Assembly: GCF_018977255.1 (NCBI RefSeq)
Contig: NW_024704742.1
Coordinates: 40,116,001-40,180,000, forward strand
Length of the DNA: 64,000 nucleotides
Direction of reading: 5' to 3'
DNA from: Callorhinchus milii
Lineage: Eukaryota
Part shown: piece after piece, positions 50,396-63,429 of the stretch
How the letters are laid out: each line of letters opens with the position of its first letter
Numbering within the stretch: position 1 is the first letter of the stretch
Position numbers and translations under genes: made by a program
The notes under the pieces: model-generated
What the model was told of the DNA's origin: nothing
Databases searched by the model: none
What the model saw: only the letters and a program-made list of their open reading frames with translations

Positions 50396-53300
50396 CAAAG
50401 TGTGTGTTTGTGTTGGGCTGATGGGGTGGTGGGGGGTTGATGGAATCATTCCGAGGCACCAGCCTGTTGAAGGTTCTTTGTGGAAAATTGTACCATTATT
50501 TTACCAGAAATAAGAGTCCAAACTGAATTTAAATTTACAGCAGAGCTAGTTTTCAGGCATGATAATATTTTTATGGTGGTTTGGCTCAGTTAGATAGACT
50601 TGAATTAATGTGAGCCAAACTTGCTGAATATTTGAATTAAGGCCAATTCACACACCTCCGTCAACTCTTTACCCAAAAATGTAACATTGGCTGTCCTCCT
50701 ATTAAAATTACTTACATATTTCAACATTCTGCTCAGATAATAAGCCTTGTTTTACCACCTGTTTTACAGTTTAGCTCTGTTTAATAGAGCTAACAGCTGA
50801 TTGAAAAGACAGTTATCAGGTATATAGTAAATTAATTTGAAGCCAAAAATAGACTTGGCTCAGCAACAACAATGCTAGAACATAAAAGTCTCAGTTACAA
50901 TACCCCTGAGTTAAAATCCCAGTCTTACCATTTGGCATCCAAATGAAACCAATGTTGATTGTCTTAGCCAGTTCCAGGAAAAGACAGGGAAACTGGTCAG
51001 CGAGAGATATATTCTTGCTATACAACTCAAGCACACTTTCTGGTGGATTAATCAAGCAATGATTTTAATGGTTTTTTTTGTGAAAAAGATCTGCAAAACT
51101 ACACTATCTCTTCCTCATGCAAGACGATAACATACATTTTTTGAAGGATGAGAAAATAAGGAAAAAAAGTAGCTAAAATAAAGCAGTTTAAAAGGGTACG
51201 TAATTTGCTCAGGGTCTGGGATTATTTAACTTTTATTTCTGAATAAAATAAAGCGAAACATTTGAGCTATAAATCCCAATGACTCTTTGGAACAGTGAAA
51301 AATGTTTAACTGCCGGATTACGGACCAAGTCACGTAGGTCTTTAAAATTCTTCAGCTCCGTACAAATCCTCAACTTCGGTAAATGAAATTGGATAAACTA
51401 AACAAGACGACTTTTTTTGTATATAAAAGGGAGCCACAATTCATGGCTGTCATGTCTTTAAGATTATGAAACATTAAATTCTAGTAGCATCTTGTGTGGA
51501 ACAGAACCACCTCACACGGCTTGGCAAGTAACACAGCACCATCCTTCATGAGTCAGCTGTACCTATATTTATCATGGTTAGCCTATATTTGAAAATTGAT
51601 CATAACTGCATTATATAAACCTTTGGACGTTCTGTGGAATTCTCCTGTGGGAGTCCTATATTTTAATCATGTCAGTGGTTATTTGCCCCCAAGTATTACA
51701 AATAATATTCTAAATAAATATATATATTTTAAAATATTGCCCAATGTGTAACTGAAGAGTATTGCACAAGATTCAGACTTGATAAGTAAACTCCAGAACT
51801 ATCATGCTCAAGTAATGCATCTTATCCTTGACCCATATATCTTATATCAAGTATTAATGAAAGTATCTGACACCTTCTTAGATATCTTACTTCCTTATCT
51901 CTAATTTATGAGTTCATAGCTGAGTGTTGCCATTCACTCAAAGCTCTCAGACAGGGTACACAACATTTGATATTACAACACTGGACTACCCTTTTTTTTA
52001 CAGAGTTAAAGGATATATAAATGGTGACATATTTTCTGTGACTGCAGTGATTTATGTATTGATCTACACCTACATTCTGGAAATAGTACCAGAAGGAACA
52101 GCATCCTTTCAGCCAATAAGAGATGAGTGTCTCCTTCAGACAACTTGGCTGAAATCAGGAACTCACTTTGTGGAAAGAAGGCAAAGAGAATAACAAGCAG
52201 AGTCTTGCCATGGTATGCGTGAGTGCACCAAAACACTTCCACAATATGCTTTTTGACTGTGTAAGCAATTGTCATATTAGGGACTACCAATAATTGTTCT
52301 AAATGCACAAGGTGAGTGTTGTTTTGCTTTTCAAAAAAAAAAGATGCTGTAAGATTATTTTCCCCCTGAAATATTTACTGTTACATTTTACAATGCAAGG
52401 GGTGGAGCAGAGAATTAAATATTAAACTTTCATTGAAACCTACTCCAGTCTTTCCCCTTACTCATGGGTCTAAAATGAGCCCAGGTTGGAGCAAAATCTA
52501 TAATGGCTTTTTAAAGGAAATGAAAAAATATAAAAGGGTTTGAGGCAAGAAGGAGTGGCATGAAATACACACAGTAGTTCTTTCAGAGAGAAGGCTCATT
52601 CTTCCTGTGCAATTTCCCGATTTCCCAATTGCCCACATAGCCAGTCTGCCATGGAATGGGAACCTTCTGAGCATAGGCCTGGTCCCATTGGCACAATTAT
52701 TAATCCACCACTGCCAGTGTCAGCTATGAATAATATACATATCAATAGACTGTGATCCAGCACCACTTCGCTGAAGGTGATTCCTCATTTTTGTCTGGAA
52801 GAAGTGAGCAATGATCTTCCAGGTAAGTTTCTTTCCAACTCAGTCCAAAATTTGTGTTGAAGTGTTTCTGAAATCTGTGAACAGTGAAGGAGCTTGTAAA
52901 TCAGGTCAAAAATTCATACTCTCAGTTGTCATGAGAGGGTGGTCAATTGAGGTGGTTTACCCTCATGATCAGCTTCAAATTGGGTTTTCAATGTGCTTTT
53001 AAGAAGATGGAGAAGTGTTATTTCTGCAGACCTCTGACAAAACACAAAATGTACAGCATATTGATCCCCTGCTTTCCTGACGGTAGGTTATCCATTTGAA
53101 GTGCCATTGTTGAAAGCAACCACTATTCCCTGGTACTAAAAGCCTCGGAAGAAATAGAATCTGAATAGGAAATATACCATATGTATCTTGTGAGTTTTGT
53201 GAAAACGGGTGAGTTATATGCAGTCCCTGAAGCCTTTTTAACTATACTGTTTAGATCCTCCTTTAGTACTCAACAAATTAAGCAACAGCTGCCACTGTGT

Positions 53301-54429
53301 TCCAGTTGCATCTCCTATGGGGATAGTCGAAACCTATTTCTTGTATTCCCACCATATACTGTAAGTGCAGAACCTTATAAGGCCACAGAGCTCAGCTCAG
53401 CAGTACTTAACTAATTATTCACATTGGACTGGATCAAGCATATGTTTCAATGAGTGAGGGAAATACGACCCTGAATTCAGTCATGAAGTAAATGTATTAC
53501 ACACACTAACTGGCATTCATCCAATTGTAGACCAGGGAAAAGGAACATTGCTGTCAATCAGAGACACAATAAAGAGTATGGACTGTTATAGTGCCATGCC
53601 TTTTCTGTGGAAGTGAACATAATGCAGTCATTGTACGTTTGATAAATTGGAGAATTGTGATAAACTTGATCATATCTAAGCTCTGTTTAAGAACTTCAGT
53701 ATATACAACTATTAGTCACTGGAAATTTGAAACCACAGACCCATCAGCAGGCTGACTAATGGAGTCAATTATTAGAAGCAAAATGGAAGGTCATCCTTGC
53801 ATTTGATAGTGTCTTAACCCATTAAAGAAACTCAAAGCACTGTACAATAATTACTGTTAAAGTGCAATAACTGTGTATTTGTAGAACAGTTAATTTGCAC
53901 ACAGTCATGCTCAAGAAAAGTCTGAAGGTGAATAGATAAACATTGTTTTTTTTACCCGGGGTTTGTTGTTTGTGACACCAGGAGAAACTTGCTTCTCTTT
54001 TAAGAGTTCCATGGGATTTTTAACATCCACCTGAACAGATAGTTTAATGTCTCACCCACCTGTGACAATGTAGCAACCCCCTAGTTTGCCTGGCTCAGTG
54101 GTAGCACTCTTGTATCTGAGTTTAAATCTCTCATCAGTGCTTAGAACTCATATAGAAGCTTCCGGTTCATATAGAAGGTTTCTGGTCTCAGCTGCTGCCC
54201 CCGACCCAAGCAAAATGCCCGGCTTCTACTCCCCAACGTTCGCTACTTGTATTCAGACCTTATGCTTCGACCATGCTTACGGTCACCCTCCCCCAGGCTC
54301 GGTGTCATTCTCTGCCACTGTTAAGTGCTCAGAGACACTACCCTGCATGAAGGACGCTATATAAATGCAAGTTGTTGTTACATATTTTAAGACCGACCAC
54401 ATAGATTGATTTCAAGAAGTGACATTCAA

Positions 54430-54880
54430 ATTTGATCAAGTTGCCCTTCTCCAAAGCCTCTCCTCTCAGCTCTACCTTAATGGTCCTGCCCTAACTTGAT
54501 TTCACTCTTACCTATTCCCAATGTCTCCAATTTGTTTCTTACAAATGGCTTCTCCTTGCACCCTACTCAATCACATGTGGTGTTCCTCAGGGCTCTATCC
54601 TTGGTTCTCTCCTCTTCACTATCTATATGCATTCACTTGATGATGTTATCCCCAGGCATGGGGTTAACTTCCCATGTATGTAGATGACACCCAAACTCCA
54701 TCTTTCTGCCTCCACCCCCAATCACTGCTGTTCTAACCAATTGCCTGTTAGACTCAAGTCATGAATGAGCACTAACTTTGTTCAGTTGAATGTTGACATG
54801 ACAAAGGCTCTCATGTTTAACTCCTGTCAACACCTTCTCACCTCAGGTGCTGACGGCATCACTATACATGGATGCACACA
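54430..54880 (+). mobile_element. L2 RT fragment
   Basis: CGVPQGSILG..LF.IYM, HM.VDDTQ and NFVQLNVDMTK motifs, degenerate. Confidence 0.75.
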
Positions 54881-55831
54881 AGATACCACCAAGGGGAGAG
54901 GTTGTGGTGGAAGTGGGCAATATTTCGGACTTGAGGAAAAGCTGAGTGGGTCAAAGCACAGATTGAGGTTTATAGGATTCCTGGTTACATTCCTAAATCG
55001 GTTGAATTCAGAATTGCAGAAGCTGTGATCAAGTTGTACAGTATTCAGGCCAAACCTAGAGTATTGTATACAGAGGCAGTATCAAGGAGAACAATGAGGC
55101 TGATCCCCAGTATTGGAGAATGAGCTGTGAGGAAGGATTGGAAAAGACAGAGATCTTTGGCATTGAAAAGAGATGTCTCATAAGGGACCTTCTGGAGCTT
55201 ATTGGGGCTAAAAAAGTTAACTCACACTTTGTACTTGTACATTTGCGGTTGATATTTGTCAAGCAGAAGAAAGTGTCAGATGTACCGAGAAAGTTTTAGA
55301 TGTACCAAGAGTAGGACAAAAGACAGATTCAGCGATGTGAAAGATAATTTTAGGACTGGCAATGGAAATTATTTCTTTAAACAGAGTGTGACCTTTTCTC
55401 AGAGCTGAACTGCAAAGTTGAGATGCAGAAATCCCTTTATATCGTTGATAACGGGAATAAGATCAAACCAAGAATTAAGAACAGGATTTGCGAAGTTGTT
55501 ATGTTCATAATTTGACATGTAAAAACATGACACATACAGTAACCCGTGGGCCACTGAAGCTGCTGTAATTCAGAGATTCAGCTCAATCCAAATTTATCCT
55601 AGTCATCCCACACTGCTGTCTCAAAAAATCTGTAATGTTTAAAAGAGAAGTCATTAGATCATAAATAGTTTAATTTAGGGGGTAGAGCGAAACATTGCTA
55701 ATATGCTATTTTATTTTAGAAAAGGAAATGTCTTCATAGGAAATGCCAATGGAGTGTAACAATGTGTAACATTTACTCAAGTGATCAGAAGAACTTGGTA
55801 GCATTTTAATTCAACAAGATTAAGGGCCACA

Positions 55832-55886
55832 ATGACATTAAAGGTCTCAAAATATCTTCTTGTGCCTTGGCTCTACATCATTACTG
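55832..55886 (+). CDS. IgSF receptor exon: signal peptide
   Basis: gccacaATGa; MTLKVSKYLLVPWLYIIT(V); donor CTG/GTaagc, phase 1. Confidence 0.75.
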
Positions 55887-58800
55887 GTAAGCATGGTTTA
55901 CTCTTTCAGTAATTTTATACAAATCTTTTGTTTACCAAATCATCTTTCACTTAGTTCTTGAACTTCCATTAATATTTTATGCCTATTTGATTTTGTTGCA
56001 ACTATACATTTTGTTTTCTGTATTCTTTGTTTCTTCTCTCTTTCACTTTCTCTCTGTGTTAAACATATCATTTTTTGGAGTGAGAGAAAAGTGCCATTAC
56101 TTCTTTCAATGGCCTCTTGCTGCCAGTAAGCGGGAGATGAGAAAATAACCTCAAATGACTTGCCTTCTCCCATTGATCCTGTAGATAGTTGTTAGCACTC
56201 TCACACCTGCCAAATATAGCCAATATTTCCACAGTTAATTCTCATTTCTCTGGTAAAATCTATATGCACCACATTAGAGTTAAACCGACTTTAAAAGCTC
56301 TGCATGTAAGATGATATAGTGAAAATTGCCAATAAAAGAGTTAACCTATATCTCTGTATTTGTACCTTTGCAGTTGATATAAGTCAAGCACAAGAAAGCA
56401 AGGTGAATAGTTCAATTGGGAAAACTGTATTGCTCCCATGTTACAGTTCCATTAATGATCAGTACACCAATTTCACGTGGACGAAGAACAATTCAGTGTT
56501 AATAATGGGAACCGCTGATAAATTTGATTCTGATGCTCACGTTAAGATTTACAGAAATAGGATTCAACTGCCACAGAACTCTTCATCTCAGAATCTCTCC
56601 CTCACAATTAGTGACCTGAAACTGGAAGATATGGGAATGTACAGATGTGAGACTCACAGCAAAAAACAAACTGTGAAATATAAAGAGATCTTTCTTACTA
56701 TCACCAAAGGTAAGATGGGAGAGGGAATTTTGCTGATAGTATCACAAGCAGTATTTGCCTCCTACTTCTTGTTTGTTTTACAAGTTTAGCTGAACAGATG
56801 AAAATGGGTTGAATTGTTCTAAATGCGTAAAGGTAAAGTCTGTTCTTCAAATGTTTAAACGGAAAGTCTGTTTTCTTGTATTAGTACTCTGTTTTTTGCT
56901 CTAAAAGTGCAACAAGAAACAACTAAATGTGTTTAATATAGTGTCTTATCATGTTTTCAAGATGTCTCATAGCGCTTCACAGAATATACTCTAAAGTGAA
57001 TTGACTGTATATTTTGTGGGTGATATATACTGATTATTTTGTGGGTGAAATATACTATATACTGTATATTTAGTTGTTGGTGGTGGTTGGAAGCTGACTG
57101 CGAGCAGAACAAACTCCCCCCCCTAAAAAAAACACCCACCCAACAGTCGACATTAAAGATCCCTTGGTACCTTTCAAAAAAGAAAGGAATTTCTCCTGGT
57201 GTCCTGGCCAACAACCTCTCAATAAGTTTAGTGTTTTCTCTCCTCTAATATGAAAAGTATTTCTCTCTTTATATATTTACAGATCAGGTATCAAGACCCA
57301 TAGTGCAAGTTTTTCCAGGCCAAAATGTATCTGAGGGAAGCACAATTCTACTGAAGTGTGAAGTTGGGAGCAGCTCTCTGCCTATCTCTTATTCGTGGTA
57401 CAAAAAATCTAAGAAGACGGAAAAACCCAAAGACATCATGCATTATAAACAGACACTGACACTGAGTCCTGCAAAGAGAGAGGACAGTGGCTTTTTCTTC
57501 TGTAAAATCAGTAAGAATTCCAAAACGAAGAGGAGCAGCACGGTGGAGATTCTAATTTCTGGTAATCAGTCTTGTTATTGTAAACCGAGAATGTAATTTC
57601 TATTGTAACAGTTTCAGACCCTATTTAAAGTGAATTGGAATTGAATTTTGCAGATACCGTCCCAACCTTATTGGAAACAAGCTCCAACATTTCCAATGAT
57701 GTCAGCCCTCGCAGAACCCCACAGGTGGTGAATTACGTGATCAGCTTTACTTCTGGAGTGATACTGTTCATTGTTTGTACAATCTTGATCGTACGATCAG
57801 TTAAGAAAAGACGAAAAGGTACGTGTTTACAGAAATTGAACTATTCTCACTCTAAAATTGTACTACAGTCTAACTCATTGAGATATTGCGTATAGTTTAT
57901 TCCTTCCTTTTGTTTGCTGATGATATACCTCGTGCTAAAATTGACAAATCAAACCAACTCCTCAAACAAATTTTTGTATTTAGTTATGAATTAAGATGGA
58001 TTATTATTGCTCACACTTTATTTTCTCCTATTTTGTTGTCCCCTTTTCTTCCATTTGCTGTCCAAAGGGGATTTGAACCACTATCCACTGCCAATAGTGT
58101 TCTGAGATAACCAGAAGTGAGAGAGCACTTGTGGATAACTCGCTCTCTGATTCAATTTTCCTTCTTTAGAGAAGCATCAGATCTTCCACAGTGACACAGC
58201 TGGGATGAAAAAATGAACGATTGAACATTATGTCTCACCCATGCATGACGTGCCCTGTTAGGACTTGGAAAATATAAACTTAGAATCAATGAAAAAGTTA
58301 TCACCTAACTTGAATTTTAACCTAATATTTCACTCGAGAGGTATGGATGAAAAAAGCTCTTCATTTGATTTTGATCTGATCCTTCCACAATATCCATCCT
58401 ATCTTCTTCCTATCATGGTATCAAACTGTTTCTTAACTGATCCCAGTATCCTGGCTTTATCTATGCTTTCATACTGTCTTAAAGTACTGCTTTATTAGAA
58501 ATATGTTTGCCTACAAAATACACAATCACTATCCTTTACAGTAAATCCTGCAAAATGTTTTGAGATGTCCTCCTGACATGAAAGGTGCTCCATCGAATGC
58601 AATGATTCGTATTACTAGGTCACGTGGTCTAAGTGTAATGGAGGTAAAAAAGTGTGTAGCTGAGTGTACCAGATCAGATTCAAAGAGAGAAAGAGATATC
58701 TGATGAGCTGTAGAACTAATTCAACTCTGCAAAGGAAACAATACTCAGTGAATTGAAAGGGAAAAATAGATTGAAATTAAAGGCTAGACATTATTAGAAA

Positions 58801-61800
58801 AATCTAAAATAACGGAAAGTATCAGGAACAGGAAAAATAAAAATTAACTCAAATTTTTATTGCACCTTATCATGTTGAAACTTCTCAAAGTTATTCGGTG
58901 AAGCGCTTGAGATGTCTCAACAACGTGATAAGGCAGTATATCAGTGAAAGGATATTATTATCATTATAAAGTGCTTCACAAGTGTCAGGTGAAATGAGCA
59001 TTTTAAATTAGAAAAAATCCTCTATTCACTAAGTGTAACACGTTTTAACAGTAGCAGAAAGTTGCCACATTTAGCAGAGGAATTTCAGTCGCTGGATAAT
59101 AGCAGAACAGAGCCAGGTGAGTGGAGATGCTGGAATAAATGTAATATATTCACGAGGCTGAAAAGAAAAGCAGTGCTCTTGGTTTGGGAAATGCAAATCT
59201 AGCACCAAGCTACAAGGAAAGACAATGTTTATGATTCCATGATGTAACTAAAGAGGTAGTCATGAGAGACTGCCACCATCTCGCAAAAAACCCAAATTGT
59301 TTTGAAACCACATGAAAAGCAAGCTGGCTGTCGAGCAGGAAGTAACACGGGACTAAAGCTTCACGCTCTACAACAAGTACAGGAAATAAAGGAAATATCT
59401 GCTTTTACGCCGCACTGTTTTTTTTAATGAACTTTGGTTAATATTTGATGAAAGGTTTTATCCACATTGATGTTAAGCTTGGGCTACAGAAAAAAATCCT
59501 TTCATGGAAAGTATTTACTTCAGTATATTCTGTGCAGCGCTTTGAGACGTCTCGAAGACGTAATAAGATGTTATATTAAAGGCAAGGATTATTATTATTA
59601 TTATTTCTATTCAAACACCCTAGGTGCCTCAGAGGAAATTATATACTGTATTGTTTGAATAAAAGTGAGTGATTTTACCCCAAATTAGAGAATATGAACT
59701 AGAAAATAGGGATTCTGAATAATACTACATATAGGGTCAGATAATCTTAATCAAATTGATGTTTTTGTATAGTGGGTACTAGCTTATTCATAGGAGGAAT
59801 TCTTAGGTTTAAGGACGAAGCTTCAGACTATTCTGAAGAGAGAGAGAGAGAGATCCAGAGCAGAAACAACTGGACAGTTTCTATTTGGCAATATGATACC
59901 AATGAGAACATTCAGCTAAAGAAGAAAATTATTGCTTTAATCAAAGTGAAAGACGTTGGATTTAATAAAGTTTTAAGGCACAAAAAAGTTTCGCCCACAA
60001 AATATACAGTCAATTCATTTTACTGTATATTCTCTGATGCGCTGTGTGACATCTCGGAGACATGAAAGATGCTATATCAACTGCAAGGATGATTATTGAT
60101 TATTGGTAAAAAAAAAGGTTCATCAAATAGCCATGGGATGAAAGACTAATTGTCCTGAAAGACTGTTGGTGATAAACAGGAAAATCAGAAACCTGGTTCA
60201 AGCATGCAAGTTGCCATTACTATAGGTGCAGTGCTTTGAGACGTCTAAATGCATGTATGGTATTTAATCTTTTATTGTTACAGAATATCAACAGCAAAGT
60301 TCAGTTCAGCTTCAGCGAGAGCAAAGGGATGCTGCTGTACAGACAGATGAAAAGGTAAGTCTATCGAGGCCTTTTTAAAAAAAAGTAATGGTGGTCATGG
60401 GGGAATTTTCTCTTTGTGAGTGAAGTCTTAAGGACACTAACAAAGGAAAATGTGAGATTTTAATTGATTTTCCCCATAACACTCCTGTGCTGCTCCAAGC
60501 AGAGTAAATGTATGGCACCAATCATTTTCAAACAGTGCTGAATGCATTGAATGGCCTTGAACACGGGCTTTAAAATATTGAAGAATCCAGTTCAGTTCCA
60601 CCAGAAACTCCCACAAATGGAATCAGGGCTATTAGAGTGAAAGGCAGCCATAAAAATTCTTTTGCAAAATCCTCTAATGGTTTAGTAAGGTCAGGATCCT
60701 GTTGTTGCTGGTTTGTTGTTGCTGACTTGACTTTGCTGCCAAGTACTGCTCATTTACTTTTGTGTTGTACATCCTAAGCAGCTTCAATTTTCCAATTAAA
60801 ACCTGCTGTCCACCCCTCCTCCTTCTGCTGATCCTTATGCAGCAAGATGGCTTTGGACTGCAAGTGTACCAAATGCTAAAATGATGACACGTAGTCATTC
60901 TGCCAAGGATAATTCTCTTAAAACTCATTCTGCTCTCAGCTATATACTTGCAATGGGACATCCCGTAAATTAAACAATTCTGAACTGAATCAAACCTCAA
61001 ATGCACCGTTCTCTTTCACTAACTCTTCCCAAAAAGAAATCTGAATAGCAGGAGGAATGGTTGGAATATGATAAGATACATCCTCCAGGGTATGAAGGAA
61101 TCTCCTATCATCTCTCAGGAGAGACCTCCCCTCTCTTCCCTCAAAAGTTATCAGTGAGTTTATTTAATAACCACAAACCACAGCTACATACTATATATAA
61201 AATCAGGACTTTCTGAATCCATTTCCTCTCAATGGCAATCATGAGGACATTTTACAAACAGGAGGAAAATTCCCCTCACAATCTCCAGAGCTGTGCATGG
61301 TATTTAGGTTGTACTGTTGGGTGTCAGCCTGGTTCAGAAGGCCTCTCAGCTCTGAGTAAGAAGGTTGTGGGTTCAATACCTTTCATGGAACTTTAAACTC
61401 ACAGACTGAGCTGCACTCTAAATGCAGGGCTGCGGGAGAGATGCATTGTCAGAGGTGCCGAAACTTCGGATGAGACGTTATACTGATGGCCAGTTCTGCT
61501 TATTTAGATAGATGTTGAGGATCCCATGACACTATTCAAAAAGGGTTTCTCCCAGTGTCCTGCCTGACAGTCTGGTCATTTACGTCATGGGTTTATGGGA
61601 ATTTGGCTGCTGCATTTGTTACAAATACACAGTCACTACACTTTACAGTAAAATCCTATGAAGTGCTTTTTGTGAAGAGATGTTTAGATGACAAGATAAG
61701 GTGGTATATTAAATACAACAATAATCCTTGCAAGGTATTTCATGAATAATTTTCAAGACAATTAAAAATAACAGGAACAACTTCTCATTGCATAGGACTT

Positions 61801-61996
61801 GGAATGTGGACCACTTACAAGGAAAGAAAGTAAAGAATCTGTCACTTACGCCACTATAGACCACAGCAAACGACTTCATCGCCCACCAGTCAACTCAACA
61901 AACGGATCCTTGCTGTTTAATGAACGTACTTTAATAACAGACACACTAAATAGCAAATTTAATATGGAAATAGTAAATGTCTGTGAAGCGAATTGA
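55832..61996 (+). CDS. Ig-superfamily type I receptor (V-set + C2-set, TM, ITIM); join(55832-55886, 56374-56709, 57283-57561, 57654-57818, 60284-60354, 61796-61996), ~368 aa
   Basis: All introns GT-AG, phase 1 between the leader, Ig and TM exons as typical of IgSF genes. Both Ig domains have C-W-C cores, a hydrophobic TM is followed by RSVKKRRK, and the cytoplasmic tail has VTYATI. The 3' end of the CDS is less certain. Confidence 0.85.
56374..56709 (+). CDS. IgSF receptor exon: V-set domain
   Basis: tttgcAG / GTaaga, 336 bp; GKTVLLPC...FTWTK...YRNRI...NLSLTISDLKLEDMGMYRC. Confidence 0.93.
57283..57561 (+). CDS. IgSF receptor exon: C2-set (FCRL-like) domain
   Basis: tttacAG / GTaatc, 279 bp; VSRPIVQVFP...VSEGSTILLKCEVGSSSLPISYSWYK...EDSGFFFC. 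Confidence 0.92.
57654..57818 (+). CDS. IgSF receptor exon: stalk and transmembrane segment
   Basis: tttgcAG / GTacgt, 165 bp; VVNYVISFTSGVILFIVCTILIV then RSVKKRRK; no charged residue in the TM. Confidence 0.9.
60284..60354 (+). CDS. IgSF receptor exon: cytoplasmic 1
   Basis: gttacAG / AAG-GTaagt, 71 bp, phase 1 to 0; EYQQQSSVQLQREQRDAAVQTDEK links exon 4 to the ITIM exon in frame. Confidence 0.78.
61320..61720 (+). mobile_element. Deu-domain SINE in the IgSF gene intron
   Basis: GGTGTCAGCCTGGTTCAG...GAAGGTTGTGGGTTCAA...GAGGTGCCGAAACTTCGGATGAGACGTTA...GATCCCATGACACTATTC. Confidence 0.75.
61796..61996 (+). CDS. IgSF receptor exon: cytoplasmic 2 with ITIM
   Basis: cattgcatAG acceptor, phase 0; DLECGPLTRKESKESVTYATIDH..., where VTYATI fits the ITIM consensus (V/I/L/S-x-Y-x-x-L/V/I). 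Confidence 0.78.
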   Translation, partial: DLECGPLTRKESKESVTYATIDHSKRLHRPPVNSTNGSLLFNERTLITDTLNSKFNMEIVNVCEAN

Positions 61997-62374
61997 GAAA
62001 TCCTCCTTATCTGGAAGGTGCTATATCAATGCAAAATTATTGTTATGTGGTCACTGAGCACAAATAGTACACTTGAAACAAATGAGCATCAATTATCATG
62101 TAGACCTACAAAGACATCAGATATATCATTGCGATGTTGTCCTGCTTAGATTAAAGGTTATGCTAAATGTAGTAACTGCTTTTAAGGATAAGTCTTTACT
62201 TTTTATGCACTTTTAAGAACCTCCGTTAAATATTAAACACAATTAATAAGTGTTATACTATCTTGCTTGGATGTTGTGCTGCAGCATTAAATCACTATTT
62301 GACACTTTTAATACCAAAAAAAAGGTCGAATAAAATATTTTTAAATTTGTCTAAATATCTGTATTATTCCTCAC

Positions 62375-62950
62375 ATCCATGCCTTGATCCGTTCAGCTTT
62401 TCCCCACCTCTGCGACGTAGCCTGCCTCCATCACTACTTCTCCCCTTGTGCTGCTGAAAACCTTATTCATGCTTTTATCACATTCAGGTTTGACTACGCT
62501 AACTCCATGAGCCAATTACCCCCATCCTTGCACAGCGCCACTAGTCCCCCTCCACCAGCGAATTGAGTTAAAGTTCCTCATCCTCACTTTTAAATCCCTC
62601 CCCAGTCCTGCCCTATCCTCCCTGTGACTTTCTAAAACTTTACCAACCTGCTCGCTCCCTCCGCTTGGCAGGTACTGGCTGATTCCCATACCCAGCCCTG
62701 CCTTCCTCCGCCTATCTGCAGTCTGGCCTTCAGCCTTTCTGCCCCACACTCTGGAACTCCTTCTCAGAGTCCCTTTGCCTCACGCCTTCGCTCGCGGCTT
62801 CAAGGTCAGTCTCAAGACGTTTCTTTTTGGTCATCTTCCCGTCCCTACGCCCCTTGGCCCCCTGCCTCTCCCGAGTCTAACCCCCAGCTCGAGTTCAAAA
62901 CCTTGACTGTCCAGGGACGTCCTTCCGACATAAATGGTGCTATAGTTATT
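62375..62950 (+). mobile_element. L2 LINE 3' fragment
   Basis: AAENLIHAFITFRFDYANS motif, LWNS, FK..LKTFLF, and the L2 3' end GGGACGTCCTTCCGAC. Confidence 0.8.
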
Positions 62951-63429
62951 TGGGCTAGCAAAAACATGCAGTAATTGTAATTTAAAGTATATCCTGTGAA
63001 GCACTTTGATATGTGCTCCTGATGTTAAAGGTGCTATACCAAATGTAAGGATCATTATTATTTTTACAGTGAAAAACCATGAGACTAATATCAAAGTATA
63101 TTCTGTACAGACGTCATTGTAATATCTCTGCGTTTTTGGAACAAATGGCCCATCTTAAAATTAGTCAACATACTACATTGAAAGATTTAAATATTTGGAA
63201 AGGTAACTGACTGAAGTAATTTGAATTTCTGGTGCCGGAAAGCTGTTCAGATAAACTGAAGGAAGTTTGACACCTAAAACCATTCCACAGTTGATGGACA
63301 AAGGAGGAATGCAGTAAAACATGTACAAAACTATTAATAAATCTGGAAATTCTGAAATTAAAGAAATCTTATCAACAATAGGAATCTGAAGTTTGAGCTT
63401 CAAACATCCCATTTCATTTCATGTGCTAA

